DNA of 42,947 nt from Promethearchaeota archaeon (GCA_048939015.1 JBHLPW010000046.1:1-42947), one strand, 5' to 3'; counted from the first letter of the stretch, positions 18,968 through 29,813 are shown. The notes: a model not told the origin generated them from the letters alone. Made by a program: numbers and translations.

Positions 18968-19080
18968 TTTTTATCCTCTTTCTTCTCATGAATTTAAAAT
19001 ATAATAAAATCTAAAGTCATTAAGTTTTGCTATAAAATAATTATATACTAATTTATTAAAAATCTATCGAAAACATAATT

Positions 19081-19554
19081 TTAATCAATTTTTTTCTCTT
19101 TTTTAATGTTAATTTTGCCAAATTTTGGAATTTCATGGAGTTTGCTTTTACCTGAATTTTGTTGAATAAACGAATTATACTTCTTTTCAAAAGAAAGTTG
19201 ATTCTCAAAGAAAATTCTATGTTTAATATCAATTACTTTCAAATTTTCCATATGATTCTCTAAATTATTAAGGTTTTTAAATAATTTACCACATATAGGG
19301 CAACTTGGGGATTGATTCCCTAAAAGACCTCTTGGTTTTTTAACAATAACTGGAAAATTTTTTTTTCCATTTAATGAACCTTGATGATGCCGACAATAAT
19401 GTCTCACCAATTTTCCATAAGGGGGATATTCGAAAAAAACTTTACTTCCATGAGTGCATTCCCAATATAACACATCTCTATTACACTTTGGACATTTTGA
19501 TTTAAAAGAGCGAAGATAGCAATGTTTCCCATGGGTCTTATAATAATGTCGCAT
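19081..19554 (-). CDS. Hypothetical zinc-finger protein
   Basis: CPKC..ECTHGSKVFF...HYC and C2H2-like CPICGKLF...LENH. Confidence 0.7.
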   Translation of the reverse strand: MRHYYKTHGKHCYLRSFKSKCPKCNRDVLYWECTHGSKVFFEYPPYGKLVRHYCRHHQGSLNGKKNFPVIVKKPRGLLGNQSPSCPICGKLFKNLNNLENHMENLKVIDIKHRIFFENQLSFEKKYNSFIQQNSGKSKLHEIPKFGKINIKKEKKID

Positions 19555-19712
19555 TATATTGAGAGAAAGAATGAACTTATAAAAATTTTTCGATTTAATT
19601 AGAAGATCAAAAACTAAAGATAAGTTTCTTATTAATGGATAAATCCTAAAAACGCAAACATTTAAATGTGCTAGATTAATTATGAAAATTAAAGAAGAGA
19701 ATTTTTAAAGGG

Positions 19713-20651
19713 TTGGCGTTATTGGATCTTTCATTCCCTCAAAAAAATTTTAATTTATGCCCAGAATGTGGTAACAAAGATTTAATCTCAGACGAATCTC
19801 GTGGTGAGATAGTTTGTGGTATTTGTGGATTAGTTTTAAGCCAACGATTAATAGATACGGGACCCGAATGGCGAGCTTTTACATCAGAAGAGGCAAATAA
19901 AAAAGTAAGAGTTGGAGCTCCTACAACACTCACGCTTCATGACAAAGGATTGAGTACTATGATTGGATGGAAGAATAAAGATGCTTTTGGAAAGACAATA
20001 AGCCCTAAAATGAAAGCTGAAGTGTATCGATTAAGGAAATGGCATGTAAGAACTCGGACTAATAAATCTATCGATAGAAATTTAGCATATGCAATGAATG
20101 AATTGGATAGATTCTCCTCACAATTAAATCTGTCTAAAGATTTGAAAGAATCTGCTGCACATATTTATAGAAAAATGGCAAATAAAAATTTGATCAGAGG
20201 TAGATCAATTGAAGCGATGTTAATTGCCTCAATATACTTATCTTGTAGATTAAATAGCATACCTAAAACTTTAGATGATTTTATCGAATTTGCATCTGTT
20301 GATAAAAAGAAAGTTGCTCGTTGTTATAGGTTAATTTTAAAGGAGTTAAAACTCAATATACAGGTATCTTCACCAATATATTTTATTCCACGGTTTTGTG
20401 CTGAGTTAAAACTCTCAGGAAAGACTCAAAACAGAGCAGCTTCTATTTTAAAGCTTGCTAAAAAATACCGGATCACAGCAGGTAAAGCACCAACAGGTTT
20501 AGCAGGCGCAGCATTATACGTAGCCGCAATTCAAGAAGGAGAACGACGTACTCAAAAGGAAATTTCAATAGCAGCAGGAGTTACTGAAGCAACTATCAGG
20601 AATCGATATAAAGAATTAGTAAATCATTTGAAATTTGAAATACAATTATGA
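19713..20651 (+). CDS. tfb: Transcription initiation factor IIB
   Basis: Zn ribbon CPECG...CGICG, IDTGPEWRAF, LHDKGLST, LIRGRS, GVTEATIRNRYKEL. Confidence 0.97.
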   Translation: MALLDLSFPQKNFNLCPECGNKDLISDESRGEIVCGICGLVLSQRLIDTGPEWRAFTSEEANKKVRVGAPTTLTLHDKGLSTMIGWKNKDAFGKTISPKMKAEVYRLRKWHVRTRTNKSIDRNLAYAMNELDRFSSQLNLSKDLKESAAHIYRKMANKNLIRGRSIEAMLIASIYLSCRLNSIPKTLDDFIEFASVDKKKVARCYRLILKELKLNIQVSSPIYFIPRFCAELKLSGKTQNRAASILKLAKKYRITAGKAPTGLAGAALYVAAIQEGERRTQKEISIAAGVTEATIRNRYKELVNHLKFEIQL

Positions 20652-20713
20652 TAAAATTCTCTTCTTTCTGATTTTAAGAAGAATTAAGCATTATTTTCAT
20701 ATAAAAATAAGGT

Positions 20714-20863
20714 TTAACGAACTTTAATTCGTTTTATAACATCTGGACGCTTCTTATATAAAATTCGAAATCCACAATGAGAGCATTTTATACCTGGAAG
20801 TGCACTTAATTCTTTTTTACTAACTTCCTTTCCACAACTTTTCCTCGCACATACATATCTCAT
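20714..20863 (-). CDS. rpoP: DNA-directed RNA polymerase subunit P (Rpo12)
   Basis: MRYVC..SCG...IKCSHCGFRILYKKRP; true start is probably the ATG at 20863. Confidence 0.9.
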   Translation of the reverse strand: MRYVCARKSCGKEVSKKELSALPGIKCSHCGFRILYKKRPDVIKRIKVR

Positions 20864-20960
20864 AATTATTCTAAATTTCCGATAATTAAAATACTTTTTG
20901 CTTACGTCCCCTAAGAAAAATATTATACAAACAAGAAGAGAATATAATATAAAAGTATCT

Positions 20961-21770
20961 TTAGATATATAATGATTTTCGCTTATCATCCGTATCTACA
21001 AGTTGGATGGAATCAAGATCTTTTTCTAATTGGTCTCTCTTTATTTGAAGATTTTTCGTGATTTCTTCTATGTTTTCTAAGGAATATTTCTTTTTAATCG
21101 GTAATGTGAAGGATTTTTTTAGCATTTCTAATAGAGTAATTGAGGCTTTTAAATCTGTGATATCCTCATTTATCATTGCAACATTATCTGTTTCAGCTAG
21201 GAAAACCAACCCATCAATATTAAATCGTGCTTTCGCTAAAGTAGGTATTAAACCATTTGCACCAATTATTACTCCTTTTTGTATCTTTTGACAATTATTT
21301 TCCATTAAATAATGATCTAATAATTCTTGATTTGTGGAACTAAGATAAATTCGAGGTAAGGTATTATTTATATTTCTACTGTTAACTGGATAAGCTCCTA
21401 AAGCTATAATTAATTTAATACCATATTTATTTATTATTTCAGTAAGAAAATTTGATATTTTATAGATCCCTTTTGGGGTGAGACTTTGGGCGTCAGCAGT
21501 TATTAATATAATATCTCTTAACTCATTAGGATCCTTCCAATAAAGAATTTCTGCTTTAGGAGCACTCAATAAACTATCATCAACAATAGCTCCCGCAGGA
21601 TAATCATCGAAAATGATATCAAGTAAATTTTTAGCATCAAGTTGACCAATAAGAGAATCTAAAGCAAATTTCCCAACATCTGCAATTCCAGGCATTCCTA
21701 AAATGCAGAGTGGTCGTATAAAATCTCCCTCTGTGATCTTATTATGTTTTATAATTCTTATTCCTTCCAT
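20961..21770 (-). CDS. PAC2-family proteasome assembly chaperone with HbYX tail
   Basis: GMPGIADVGK, IIALGAY, IIGANGL, FLAET; ends in LYI. Confidence 0.85.
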   Translation of the reverse strand: MEGIRIIKHNKITEGDFIRPLCILGMPGIADVGKFALDSLIGQLDAKNLLDIIFDDYPAGAIVDDSLLSAPKAEILYWKDPNELRDIILITADAQSLTPKGIYKISNFLTEIINKYGIKLIIALGAYPVNSRNINNTLPRIYLSSTNQELLDHYLMENNCQKIQKGVIIGANGLIPTLAKARFNIDGLVFLAETDNVAMINEDITDLKASITLLEMLKKSFTLPIKKKYSLENIEEITKNLQIKRDQLEKDLDSIQLVDTDDKRKSLYI

Positions 21771-21947
21771 AACTTTGTCCCTATTATTTACTTACATTCC
21801 TAATAATAGGGTAAATTTATCAATTTAAAAACGATGTATTATCCTAGTAGACACAAGATTTATTGTAAAAGTAATATAATCATATTACTAAAAATTAATT
21901 TTAGAAAAAACCATTAAAAATCTAGATTAACAATATCAATTTGAAAA

Positions 21948-22544
21948 ATGTCGTTAGTATATAAATGTAGAATGTGTGGTACATGCTGTCATGAGGTTCC
22001 AGGTGAGTTTGTAAAAAGGATTCCTATATACCCCGATGAAGCAGATACTTTAATTGAGATAGCAAAGGAACGTCAAATTGATTTCAAAATTATTGAAGAT
22101 TTAGTGTTTCCAGATATTAAGAACAAGAAAATATTAATCTTGACTTATAGAATAGTATTAGATAATGAAAATAAAGGATGTCCGTATTATATAGAACCAC
22201 ACGGATGTACGGTGCATGATGTTAAACCTTTAGCCTGCCAAGCATATCCTTTAGCATTAAAACGTGTTGATGCCTTTAATTTTGAAATATCGATCGATCC
22301 ACTCTGTAATTTTGTCATTGAGAATTATAATGAATTCAAAAATTTAACTATTGAAAAATTGAAAGAAATTTTTCAAGAAGAATATCCAAAAGCAGAGAAA
22401 TTTTACCAGAAAAATAAGAAACTCATGTTTAAAATAAGGAAATTGGAAGCGAAAAAACAAATTGAAATACCACCTCAGATAAGTTTGGAAGAATTTAATC
22501 AATATTTACAAGATTGGGAGAGAGAAGAAATTTCTGTTAAGTAA
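21948..22544 (+). CDS. YkgJ-family (CxxCxxCC) cysteine-cluster protein
   Basis: CRMCGTCC...CPY..GCTVHDVKPLACQAYP. Confidence 0.88.
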   Translation: MSLVYKCRMCGTCCHEVPGEFVKRIPIYPDEADTLIEIAKERQIDFKIIEDLVFPDIKNKKILILTYRIVLDNENKGCPYYIEPHGCTVHDVKPLACQAYPLALKRVDAFNFEISIDPLCNFVIENYNEFKNLTIEKLKEIFQEEYPKAEKFYQKNKKLMFKIRKLEAKKQIEIPPQISLEEFNQYLQDWEREEISVK

Positions 22545-22557
22545 GCCAAACAAATTG

Positions 22558-22950
22558 TTAGATTTTAAGTTTTAATTCATTAACCAAATCCTTAAATTTG
22601 CTGTCATTTAAAGTAACTGTCTTAAACTGATTTAATGCTTCGCTAATAATTTGAGCTAGTATATGCTTACAAAATATACGTTTTTTTTTAATTACTACGT
22701 TTTTATAGAAGTCTTGACAAGAACAAAACAATTTAGGGTAAATTAAATGTTCTTGGTTCTCTCCCTGAGCTGTCCAAACGATTCTATTAGAAGGTTTATA
22801 AGTGTATTTAATAATCCCCTTTTTCAAAACTTCAATAACACTTGTAGATTTATTAGGATAAATTTTATCTAGGTAAGTGATAAATTTTTCATCAATTATC
22901 TGTTTGTCCTTGGCTTCCTTAAACAATTGAAATAATAAATCTTTTGACAT
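22558..22950 (-). CDS. SWIM zinc-finger protein
   Basis: FCSCQDF...CKHILA. Confidence 0.85.
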   Translation of the reverse strand: MSKDLLFQLFKEAKDKQIIDEKFITYLDKIYPNKSTSVIEVLKKGIIKYTYKPSNRIVWTAQGENQEHLIYPKLFCSCQDFYKNVVIKKKRIFCKHILAQIISEALNQFKTVTLNDSKFKDLVNELKLKI

Positions 22951-22999
22951 ATTATTATATTACTAATATAGTTATTAAATAAAAAGGATCATTTTCTCA

Positions 23000-24301
23000 T
23001 TGAATAATATTTTATATCTCCCAACAAGATATTTCCCTTCGATCTCAGGTGCTGAATTCTATTTTCAGAGAATGGCCGAGATCTTAACTTCAAAATATAA
23101 CTATAAAGTAGATATATATACCTCTAATGCTATAGATTTTAAAGCTTTAAGAAATTCTAATGGAAAATCTCTCTCTCAGGATAATAGATATTATGATAAA
23201 GTTAATAATTTAAAAATCAATCGATTTAAAGTAAATTATAAGCTTACTGATAAAGAAATTCTTATCGAATTGAAAAGAATTCCTGAGTTAAATTTTCTTA
23301 CTTTAGATGATGATATTTTAATTAAATTCATAAAAAATGGCCCATACTTAGGAGAATTATTAGAAAATTTATTACAAAAGCCAGATTTAACCTATGATTT
23401 AATTCATACTACTTTTTTTCCATATTTTAATTGTATAATAAGTCTAATCATTGGAAACTATATCCACAAACCAACAGTATGCACTCCCTTTTTCCACTTT
23501 TCCAATCCTAGATATATAGACGTTAAAGCAATAGAAGTATTAAAAAAGTTTGATTTAATAATTGCTTGTACAAATCTAGAGAAAGGATTTTTAATCCAAA
23601 AGTATAATATTCAACCGGAAAAAATAAAAGTAATTCCCATGGGAGTGGATATTGAAGAATTTTCCCATAATCGTAAAAAACCTTTAAACTATCCTAAGTT
23701 TAAGCAAAAGTTTTTCAACGCTAAAGAAAAAAAGTATAAACTAATTTTATTTTGTGGCTATAAAAATTATGAAAAAGGGGCATTATCTATTCTGAAATCA
23801 ATACCGTACATAGTAAAAAAGATAAAAAAGGTCTATTTTGTTTTTATTGGGCCTTCTACTCTCGCGTTTAATAGAGAACTTTCTAAGATCAATAAGCTTG
23901 AAAGCTCTAAAATCATCAATTTCAGTCCAGATAATTTGACAGGTTATTTTGATAAAAAGAAAATAGCAGCTTTTAAAGAAGCTGATATATATTTAATGCC
24001 AAGTAGAAGTGATGCCTTCGGAATATCTTTTTTAGAAGCTTGGGCTGCAGGAAAACCTGTAATTGGAGCTAGGATTGGAGCAACTCCAGAGGTAATTCGA
24101 GAAAATATAGATGGTCTACTAGTTGAATTTGATAATCCTGAAGATATTGCAGAGAAAGTTATTATACTATTAAAAAGTAAAAGCTTACGTAATAAACTTG
24201 GTTCGACAGGGCAAGAAAAAGTATATCAAAAATATACTTGGAATCATGTCGCAGAGGAAACGCATAACATGTATAAAAACTTAATAAATAGTTTCACGTG
24301 A
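23000..24301 (+). CDS. Glycosyltransferase family 4
   Basis: YFPSISGAE, VIPMGVD, MPSRSDAFGISFLEAWAAGKPVI. Confidence 0.92.
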   Translation: MNNILYLPTRYFPSISGAEFYFQRMAEILTSKYNYKVDIYTSNAIDFKALRNSNGKSLSQDNRYYDKVNNLKINRFKVNYKLTDKEILIELKRIPELNFLTLDDDILIKFIKNGPYLGELLENLLQKPDLTYDLIHTTFFPYFNCIISLIIGNYIHKPTVCTPFFHFSNPRYIDVKAIEVLKKFDLIIACTNLEKGFLIQKYNIQPEKIKVIPMGVDIEEFSHNRKKPLNYPKFKQKFFNAKEKKYKLILFCGYKNYEKGALSILKSIPYIVKKIKKVYFVFIGPSTLAFNRELSKINKLESSKIINFSPDNLTGYFDKKKIAAFKEADIYLMPSRSDAFGISFLEAWAAGKPVIGARIGATPEVIRENIDGLLVEFDNPEDIAEKVIILLKSKSLRNKLGSTGQEKVYQKYTWNHVAEETHNMYKNLINSFT

Positions 24302-24308
24302 ATAAAAA

Positions 24309-25529
24309 ATGAAAAACATTTCTGGTAATCCCTTTATTAAAAAAGATATTGATAATATCTTTCTAGATTCAGTCACTCTTAATGAAATTATTAAACAATT
24401 TAAAACACCAGTTCTAGTATTCTTAGAAAAAAGAATTAGAAACAATATAAAGAGATTTTATGATGTTTTCAATTCTGAATTTAGAAATTTTCAATGTTTT
24501 TATTCATTTAAAGCTAATTTTCTTCCAGAAATCTGCAAAATTGTGCTTTCTGAGGGAATCGGGGCTGAAATTGTAGGATTACCAGAACTAAAATTGGCAT
24601 TAAAGTTAGGATTTCCATGTGATAAAATAATAATTGGTGGGCCATATTTATCGAAGGAACTTGTAGAATTAAGCATTAGAAATCAAGTAAAAGAAATGAT
24701 AATATATGACATTAAAGATTTAAATAAAATTAACAAGATCGCTCAGAAATATAATTACATTCAAGATATTTGCATTAGGATAAATTCTCAGAAATTTAAT
24801 AGTAAGTTAGGGATAAATTTTACTGAAAAAAAAATATCTGAGATTAAAAATTTACTCAGAGATAACAAAAATATTAGGATTAATTCAGTTTTGTCTCATT
24901 ATGCGACACAAATGAATGATATTAAACAATTCACAAACAACATTAAGTCAATTGCCACTAATTTAAAACTATTAACTGAAGCTGATATCCAAATAAATAA
25001 TATAAATCTTGGAGGGGGCTTTCCAGAAGCAACTATTATGCCGCAGAAACAATTGAAAAATATCGCTAAGGAGATAAAAATAGCTTTAGCACAATTTGAA
25101 GTGAAATTTAAGAATATATACTTTGAACCTGGAAGATATTTTATTGGAGACGCTGGTTTATTTATATCAAAAATTGTTAAAGTAAGTGACAATAGATGGA
25201 TATTTTTAAATATTGGTAACCATATTTGTCCAAAATTTGCACGATGTTCTTTAAGATTTTACAATGCCTCCCATATTAACGAACCACATAAATATAAAAC
25301 ATCTATAGCAGGAATTATACCCACAGACCAAGATGTGTTAGCAAAAGATTACTTTTTTACTGAAAAATTAATCAAAGGTGATAAAGTTTTAGTTACTAAC
25401 ACAGGTGCATATTGTCTTACTTTTTCAAATAGATTCCCATATAGATTTCCAAAGATTCTTCTAATTAACAATTCTGAGGTAAAGGAGATATTTAATCCTG
25501 AAACTGATAAAGATATTTCACTTTATTAA
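24309..25529 (+). CDS. Fold-type III PLP decarboxylase (LysA/ODC-like), substrate uncertain
   Basis: YSFKAN (PLP lysine), NLGGGF, FEPGRY, NTGAY. Confidence 0.85.
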   Translation: MKNISGNPFIKKDIDNIFLDSVTLNEIIKQFKTPVLVFLEKRIRNNIKRFYDVFNSEFRNFQCFYSFKANFLPEICKIVLSEGIGAEIVGLPELKLALKLGFPCDKIIIGGPYLSKELVELSIRNQVKEMIIYDIKDLNKINKIAQKYNYIQDICIRINSQKFNSKLGINFTEKKISEIKNLLRDNKNIRINSVLSHYATQMNDIKQFTNNIKSIATNLKLLTEADIQINNINLGGGFPEATIMPQKQLKNIAKEIKIALAQFEVKFKNIYFEPGRYFIGDAGLFISKIVKVSDNRWIFLNIGNHICPKFARCSLRFYNASHINEPHKYKTSIAGIIPTDQDVLAKDYFFTEKLIKGDKVLVTNTGAYCLTFSNRFPYRFPKILLINNSEVKEIFNPETDKDISLY

Positions 25530-25637
25530 ATAAATCATTAATTTGAAGAATTTTAAAAGGTAATATTCCGATATTACATTAATTCTAATTTTTCTATTTT
25601 AATTCTTTGTACAAGCTAAATTAAAATTTGTTTAATT

Positions 25638-26747
25638 ATGGAATCTTTTATTCAAAACGCACGTAAAAGAGAAAAAATTCGACCACAGATAGAAAATTTT
25701 GGGTATGCTAATATAAAAATAATTGGATGTGGTGGAGCCGGGAATAACACAATTAATAGATTGATGAAAATAGGGATAAAGGGAGCCAAATGTGTAGCAG
25801 TCAACACAGATTGCCAACATCTAGATAGTATCGAATCTCATATAAAAATATTGATTGGAAAGAATTTGACAAAGGGTCTTGGTGCTGGGGGAAATCCTGA
25901 AATAGGTAGGGCTGCAGCTGAAGAATCTCGTGAGGATTTAACAAAAATCTTAAGAGAATCCAATTTAGTTTTTATAACATGTGGAGAGGGTGGAGGAACT
26001 GGTACGGGTAGTGCTCCTATTATCGCAGAAATCGCAAAATTGGAAGGTGCAATTGTAGTTGGAGTAGTTACTTTACCTTTTGATACTGAAATTGGTCGGA
26101 TTGATAAAGCAAAAATGGGTTTAAATATGTTAAAACGCTATGTTGATACGTTGGTAGTGATTGATAATAATAGATTACTTGAAATAGCTCCTAATCTGCC
26201 TATAATTGAAGCTTTCAGCGTTGCAGATGAAGTTCTTGCTACTATGGTAAAAGGAATCACTGAAACGATTTCACTACCGTCATTAATCAATTTGGATTTT
26301 GCTGACGTAAGAACTATTTTAAGTACTGGAGGAGTTGCTATTGTAGGAGTAGGTGAATCAAGTGGTAAAGACCATCGAGTGGAAGATGCGATTGATGATG
26401 CTCTTAACACTCCCTTATTAGATGTAAGTATTGAGGGTGCTAAGGGTGCTCTTATTCATATTTGTGGAGGAAATGATATGACATTAGCAGAAGCTAATTC
26501 TGTAGCTAAGAAAATAACAGAAAAAATGGATGTTCGTGATTCAATGGTAATTTGGGGTGCTCGAGTTTCAGATGAATTCGATGGAATTTTAAGAGTTATG
26601 CTTTTAATAACAGGAATTAAATCTCCTCAGATTTTCGGCAGTGGTTATTCCTTTAATAACTCTGTTTATAATTCCAACGTTAAAAAAACCTCAAAAATTG
26701 GATTATCTGATGATATTTTCAATATAGGCGAAATTACATTTGATTAA
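25638..26747 (+). CDS. ftsZ: Cell division protein FtsZ
   Basis: GCGGAGNN, GLGAGGNP, GGGTGTG, INLDFADV. Confidence 0.97.
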   Translation: MESFIQNARKREKIRPQIENFGYANIKIIGCGGAGNNTINRLMKIGIKGAKCVAVNTDCQHLDSIESHIKILIGKNLTKGLGAGGNPEIGRAAAEESREDLTKILRESNLVFITCGEGGGTGTGSAPIIAEIAKLEGAIVVGVVTLPFDTEIGRIDKAKMGLNMLKRYVDTLVVIDNNRLLEIAPNLPIIEAFSVADEVLATMVKGITETISLPSLINLDFADVRTILSTGGVAIVGVGESSGKDHRVEDAIDDALNTPLLDVSIEGAKGALIHICGGNDMTLAEANSVAKKITEKMDVRDSMVIWGARVSDEFDGILRVMLLITGIKSPQIFGSGYSFNNSVYNSNVKKTSKIGLSDDIFNIGEITFD

Positions 26748-26792
26748 TAATTTTTTAATCCCCTTTTTATAGTTCTATTTAGATACCCTTTC

Positions 26793-27155
26793 ATGAATGA
26801 TAAGTTTGCAGAAGATATTCAAACAGAAATAAATGAGATTTTATGTAAGCTTGAGAAATGGAATAATTATTTTGATAAAAGTGTTGAATTCTATATTGAT
26901 GGTTGGGCAATATATTTAAGAGAGAAAAATCTTTACCCCCGATGTATTACGATATTTAAATCCTATTGTTCAAATACTTATTCAATTAAAAGTTTTGAAG
27001 TTCATCTCAAAGATTATAAAAAAGAAGAATTCAATGAATTATATTTTACTAATAACATTTCAAATCAGAATAAATTGTTAGAGGAATTAAATGCTGTTAT
27101 TTATGGAAAGGATCTGGTAAAAAAGGTTTCAAAAATTTATCAAAATTCACTCTAG
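26793..27155 (+). CDS. Hypothetical protein
   Basis: 120-aa ATG ORF directly downstream of ftsZ; no motif recognised. Confidence 0.7.
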   Translation: MNDKFAEDIQTEINEILCKLEKWNNYFDKSVEFYIDGWAIYLREKNLYPRCITIFKSYCSNTYSIKSFEVHLKDYKKEEFNELYFTNNISNQNKLLEELNAVIYGKDLVKKVSKIYQNSL

Positions 27156-27161
27156 CTATTC

Positions 27162-27722
27162 TTAAGAAAATTCAGGTTTATACATCTGTCTAAACTCTTC
27201 CTTTTTCTTTTCATTATATTTGTTTTCTAAAAATTTTAACACCACATGGTGAGGCATTCCATTAATCAACATGCTAACTGCTTTTCGTGCAATTTGTAAA
27301 TTTTCATATTCTGCAATGATCGATACAGTTTTTCCATACACAGAAATAAAAGATTCAGCAAATTTTTCAATTGATTTCCTCATCTCTCCATTTCTCCCAA
27401 TTATTCTCCCCTTCACACGAGTTATTCTTTTATCAGATTTTCCCATTATTTTCAATAGATTCAGTATCTCTAAGTCATAATTCTCTTCTAATAGTCTCAT
27501 GGCCTTAATTGGATTAAACCCCCGACTAATTGCATTGACTATTTTTTGTGCTGTATATACATTCAAAGGCATATAATTTGGTTCCTCTGGTTGAGGTAAA
27601 ATCTCATAAGATCCCAATTTACTATCCAAATTGATTTTCACTCCTAATTTCTTTTCAATTTCCTGTTTTACTTTCCCATCTCTACCAATTAGAACAGCGA
27701 TACGATTCTTTCCAATTTTCAT
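27162..27722 (-). CDS. KH-domain pre-rRNA processing protein (Dim2/Pno1)
   Basis: RIAVLIGRDG, AISRGF, RVKGRIIGRNG, VYGKTVSII; adjacent to RIO1. Confidence 0.92.
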   Translation of the reverse strand: MKIGKNRIAVLIGRDGKVKQEIEKKLGVKINLDSKLGSYEILPQPEEPNYMPLNVYTAQKIVNAISRGFNPIKAMRLLEENYDLEILNLLKIMGKSDKRITRVKGRIIGRNGEMRKSIEKFAESFISVYGKTVSIIAEYENLQIARKAVSMLINGMPHHVVLKFLENKYNEKKKEEFRQMYKPEFS

Positions 27723-27748
27723 TTTCTTATATTATGATTACAAATTCC

Positions 27749-28609
27749 TCATACATCTATATTTATAACTTCATAATAAAAATCATTAGGATCAGGTGTG
27801 TCCAATCCTAATTTCTTAAAATAATTAAACATATTATTTATATCTCTTGCTAAATATACTTCTGCTTTTGGGTGTTGAATTGATACAGCTTGAGATATAT
27901 CTATTACTACAGGTTTTTGATTATGATATAAAATGTTAAATTCACTGAGGTCTCCATGAACTAATTTAGCTTTTTGATATAGATTTTTTATAAATCCCAA
28001 TATTTCATTCATTAGTCTAAAAGGATCTTTAGGATTTTTTATATCCTTTAATAACGGGGCTGGAATGGATTCAAATCCAACATATTCCATTATTAATAGA
28101 TTGTCTTTAATATATATAGGTTTAGGAACATTTAAACCAGTTCTATATGCGCGTTTAAGATTTTTAAACTCTTTACTCGCCCATAAATAAATAATTTTCG
28201 AAACATTACGCGGAATTTTCTTAAACCTAGGATCACCAATGATATAATTTTTCATCCATTTTGAAGTATTGCTATCGATTTTATAGATTTTAATAGCTAC
28301 CTCATTTCCATCTGTATCATAAGCTAAGTAAACATTTGCTTCCTTACCTGCTGAAATTACACCTTCTATAGTTTTTAAAGGCCCATTGACTAATAATTTA
28401 TTTAAAGTAAAAATTGTTCTCTCGTCAAAAACAGATTCAATAGTTGCTCTTTTCTTTGATTTGTCTATCTTTTTTATCCTTTTATTATCTATTTTTCTTT
28501 TTTGTAACTCATCGATACTTAAATCGAACTTTTTATCTATCTCATTATCTCCTAATTCTTCAGACTCTTCTTCAGTAACCTTGTTATTTCCTTCCAAAAG
28601 TTTTCCCAC
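27749..28609 (-). CDS. rio1: RIO1 serine/threonine kinase
   Basis: ISAGKEANVY, YIIGDPRF, WASKEFKNL, LVHGDLSEFNIL, IDISQAV. Confidence 0.95.
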   Translation of the reverse strand: MGKLLEGNNKVTEEESEELGDNEIDKKFDLSIDELQKRKIDNKRIKKIDKSKKRATIESVFDERTIFTLNKLLVNGPLKTIEGVISAGKEANVYLAYDTDGNEVAIKIYKIDSNTSKWMKNYIIGDPRFKKIPRNVSKIIYLWASKEFKNLKRAYRTGLNVPKPIYIKDNLLIMEYVGFESIPAPLLKDIKNPKDPFRLMNEILGFIKNLYQKAKLVHGDLSEFNILYHNQKPVVIDISQAVSIQHPKAEVYLARDINNMFNYFKKLGLDTPDPNDFYYEVINIDV

Positions 28610-29517
28610 TACTTCTTTTTTTTGGTATATTTTTCATTAAAAAAATAAGAATAGTTTTTTATCAATTTAGTGTTATTTTCACCTCTGAGAATCACTTTGT
28701 TTTTCGTAATGTTTTCAACACTATAATATTCATCACCAATAATAATAACATCCTTATTTGTAATAGGTAAGAATTTTATTAACGTTTTTAGCCTATAAAG
28801 GTTTTTACCTTTTTGAGTATCTCTTCCCACCAACTTTTTTGTACGTTTTAAAATGAAATAATACCTTGACTTCAAGAATTTGATAATGTAATTCATTAAT
28901 TCATTCGTACTAAGATATAAATCGACACCAAATTTCTGATCCTCCATTTTAGATATATAATGTCTGTGGTCTTTTTCAAATAAAATTTCAACATAAGTAT
29001 TAATTTCCTCTAAAACTTCCTTTATTAAGTCAAATTCTTCCTCGTCTTTAACCCTTAATTGAATTATTGCTATAAAATAAGTTCCTCCTCGCAAATTAGT
29101 ACAGTTTTTACATAATATGTGGTTTAAATTCAATGATATTATTTGATTATGTTTAATATTGGAATTTTCTTTTAAAGTTCCGAGAATTTCAACATCTAGT
29201 GATTTTAATAAATCTTTTGATGAAAACATAAAAGTATCTTCAATTAATGAGATAGAAAAATTAATTTCTTCGATTTTAGGCTTCAATAAGAATTTTTGAA
29301 CAGCTTCTTCTATAATTGAAAATAACTCATTATCAATTGGTTCAATCCATATATCTTTTTTTGAATAACTCCCACAATCTAGACAAATATTAATTGATAA
29401 CCGATCAGGTAGTTCGAATAATGGGTGTTCTTTTAGAAAACAAGAAAGGCACATACCAAAATGTGGATCCTGTTGTACTAATTCCTTTCCGCATATCGCA
29501 CAAAATCGATTAGGCAT
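28609..29517 (-). CDS. nmd3: NMD3-family large-subunit biogenesis protein
   Basis: FCAICG..MCLSC..ICLDCG..LCKNC..YFIAIIQLR, GVDLYL, KLVGRD..GK..YR. Confidence 0.88.
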   Translation of the reverse strand: MPNRFCAICGKELVQQDPHFGMCLSCFLKEHPLFELPDRLSINICLDCGSYSKKDIWIEPIDNELFSIIEEAVQKFLLKPKIEEINFSISLIEDTFMFSSKDLLKSLDVEILGTLKENSNIKHNQIISLNLNHILCKNCTNLRGGTYFIAIIQLRVKDEEEFDLIKEVLEEINTYVEILFEKDHRHYISKMEDQKFGVDLYLSTNELMNYIIKFLKSRYYFILKRTKKLVGRDTQKGKNLYRLKTLIKFLPITNKDVIIIGDEYYSVENITKNKVILRGENNTKLIKNYSYFFNEKYTKKKK

Positions 29518-29813
29518 TAAAACATCATCTTCAAAGCCATGGGAATTCCATTAATATATCTAACCCCTTCTTTAGTTAGTATTTTTCTATTAATGGCTTC
29601 TTTTATTATTTTTTCTCCTACAATATTGAAAAATGATGCATTTTGTAAAATAGAAATTGCCTCTTCAAGATTTATTAATCTTCCCCCAAAAAATCGGTTT
29701 GAAATCTCAATTCTTAGATTTCCTTCTTTAAAAACATGATTAAGCAATTCTTCATCACAACATGCTATTGTTTCACAATCATCCCTGATATGAATCTTAA
29801 GATATACTTTCAT
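29517..29813 (-). CDS. DUF424 family protein
   Basis: IACCDEELL, FFGG, NIVGEKII, INGIP; start probably MKVYLK at 29813. Confidence 0.85.
   Translation of the reverse strand: MKVYLKIHIRDDCETIACCDEELLNHVFKEGNLRIEISNRFFGGRLINLEEAISILQNASFFNIVGEKIIKEAINRKILTKEGVRYINGIPMALKMMF

Noticed and set aside
20864-20989. N-terminal extension of RpoP
   Set aside because: It overlaps the PAC2 gene; the conserved domain starts at ATG 20863
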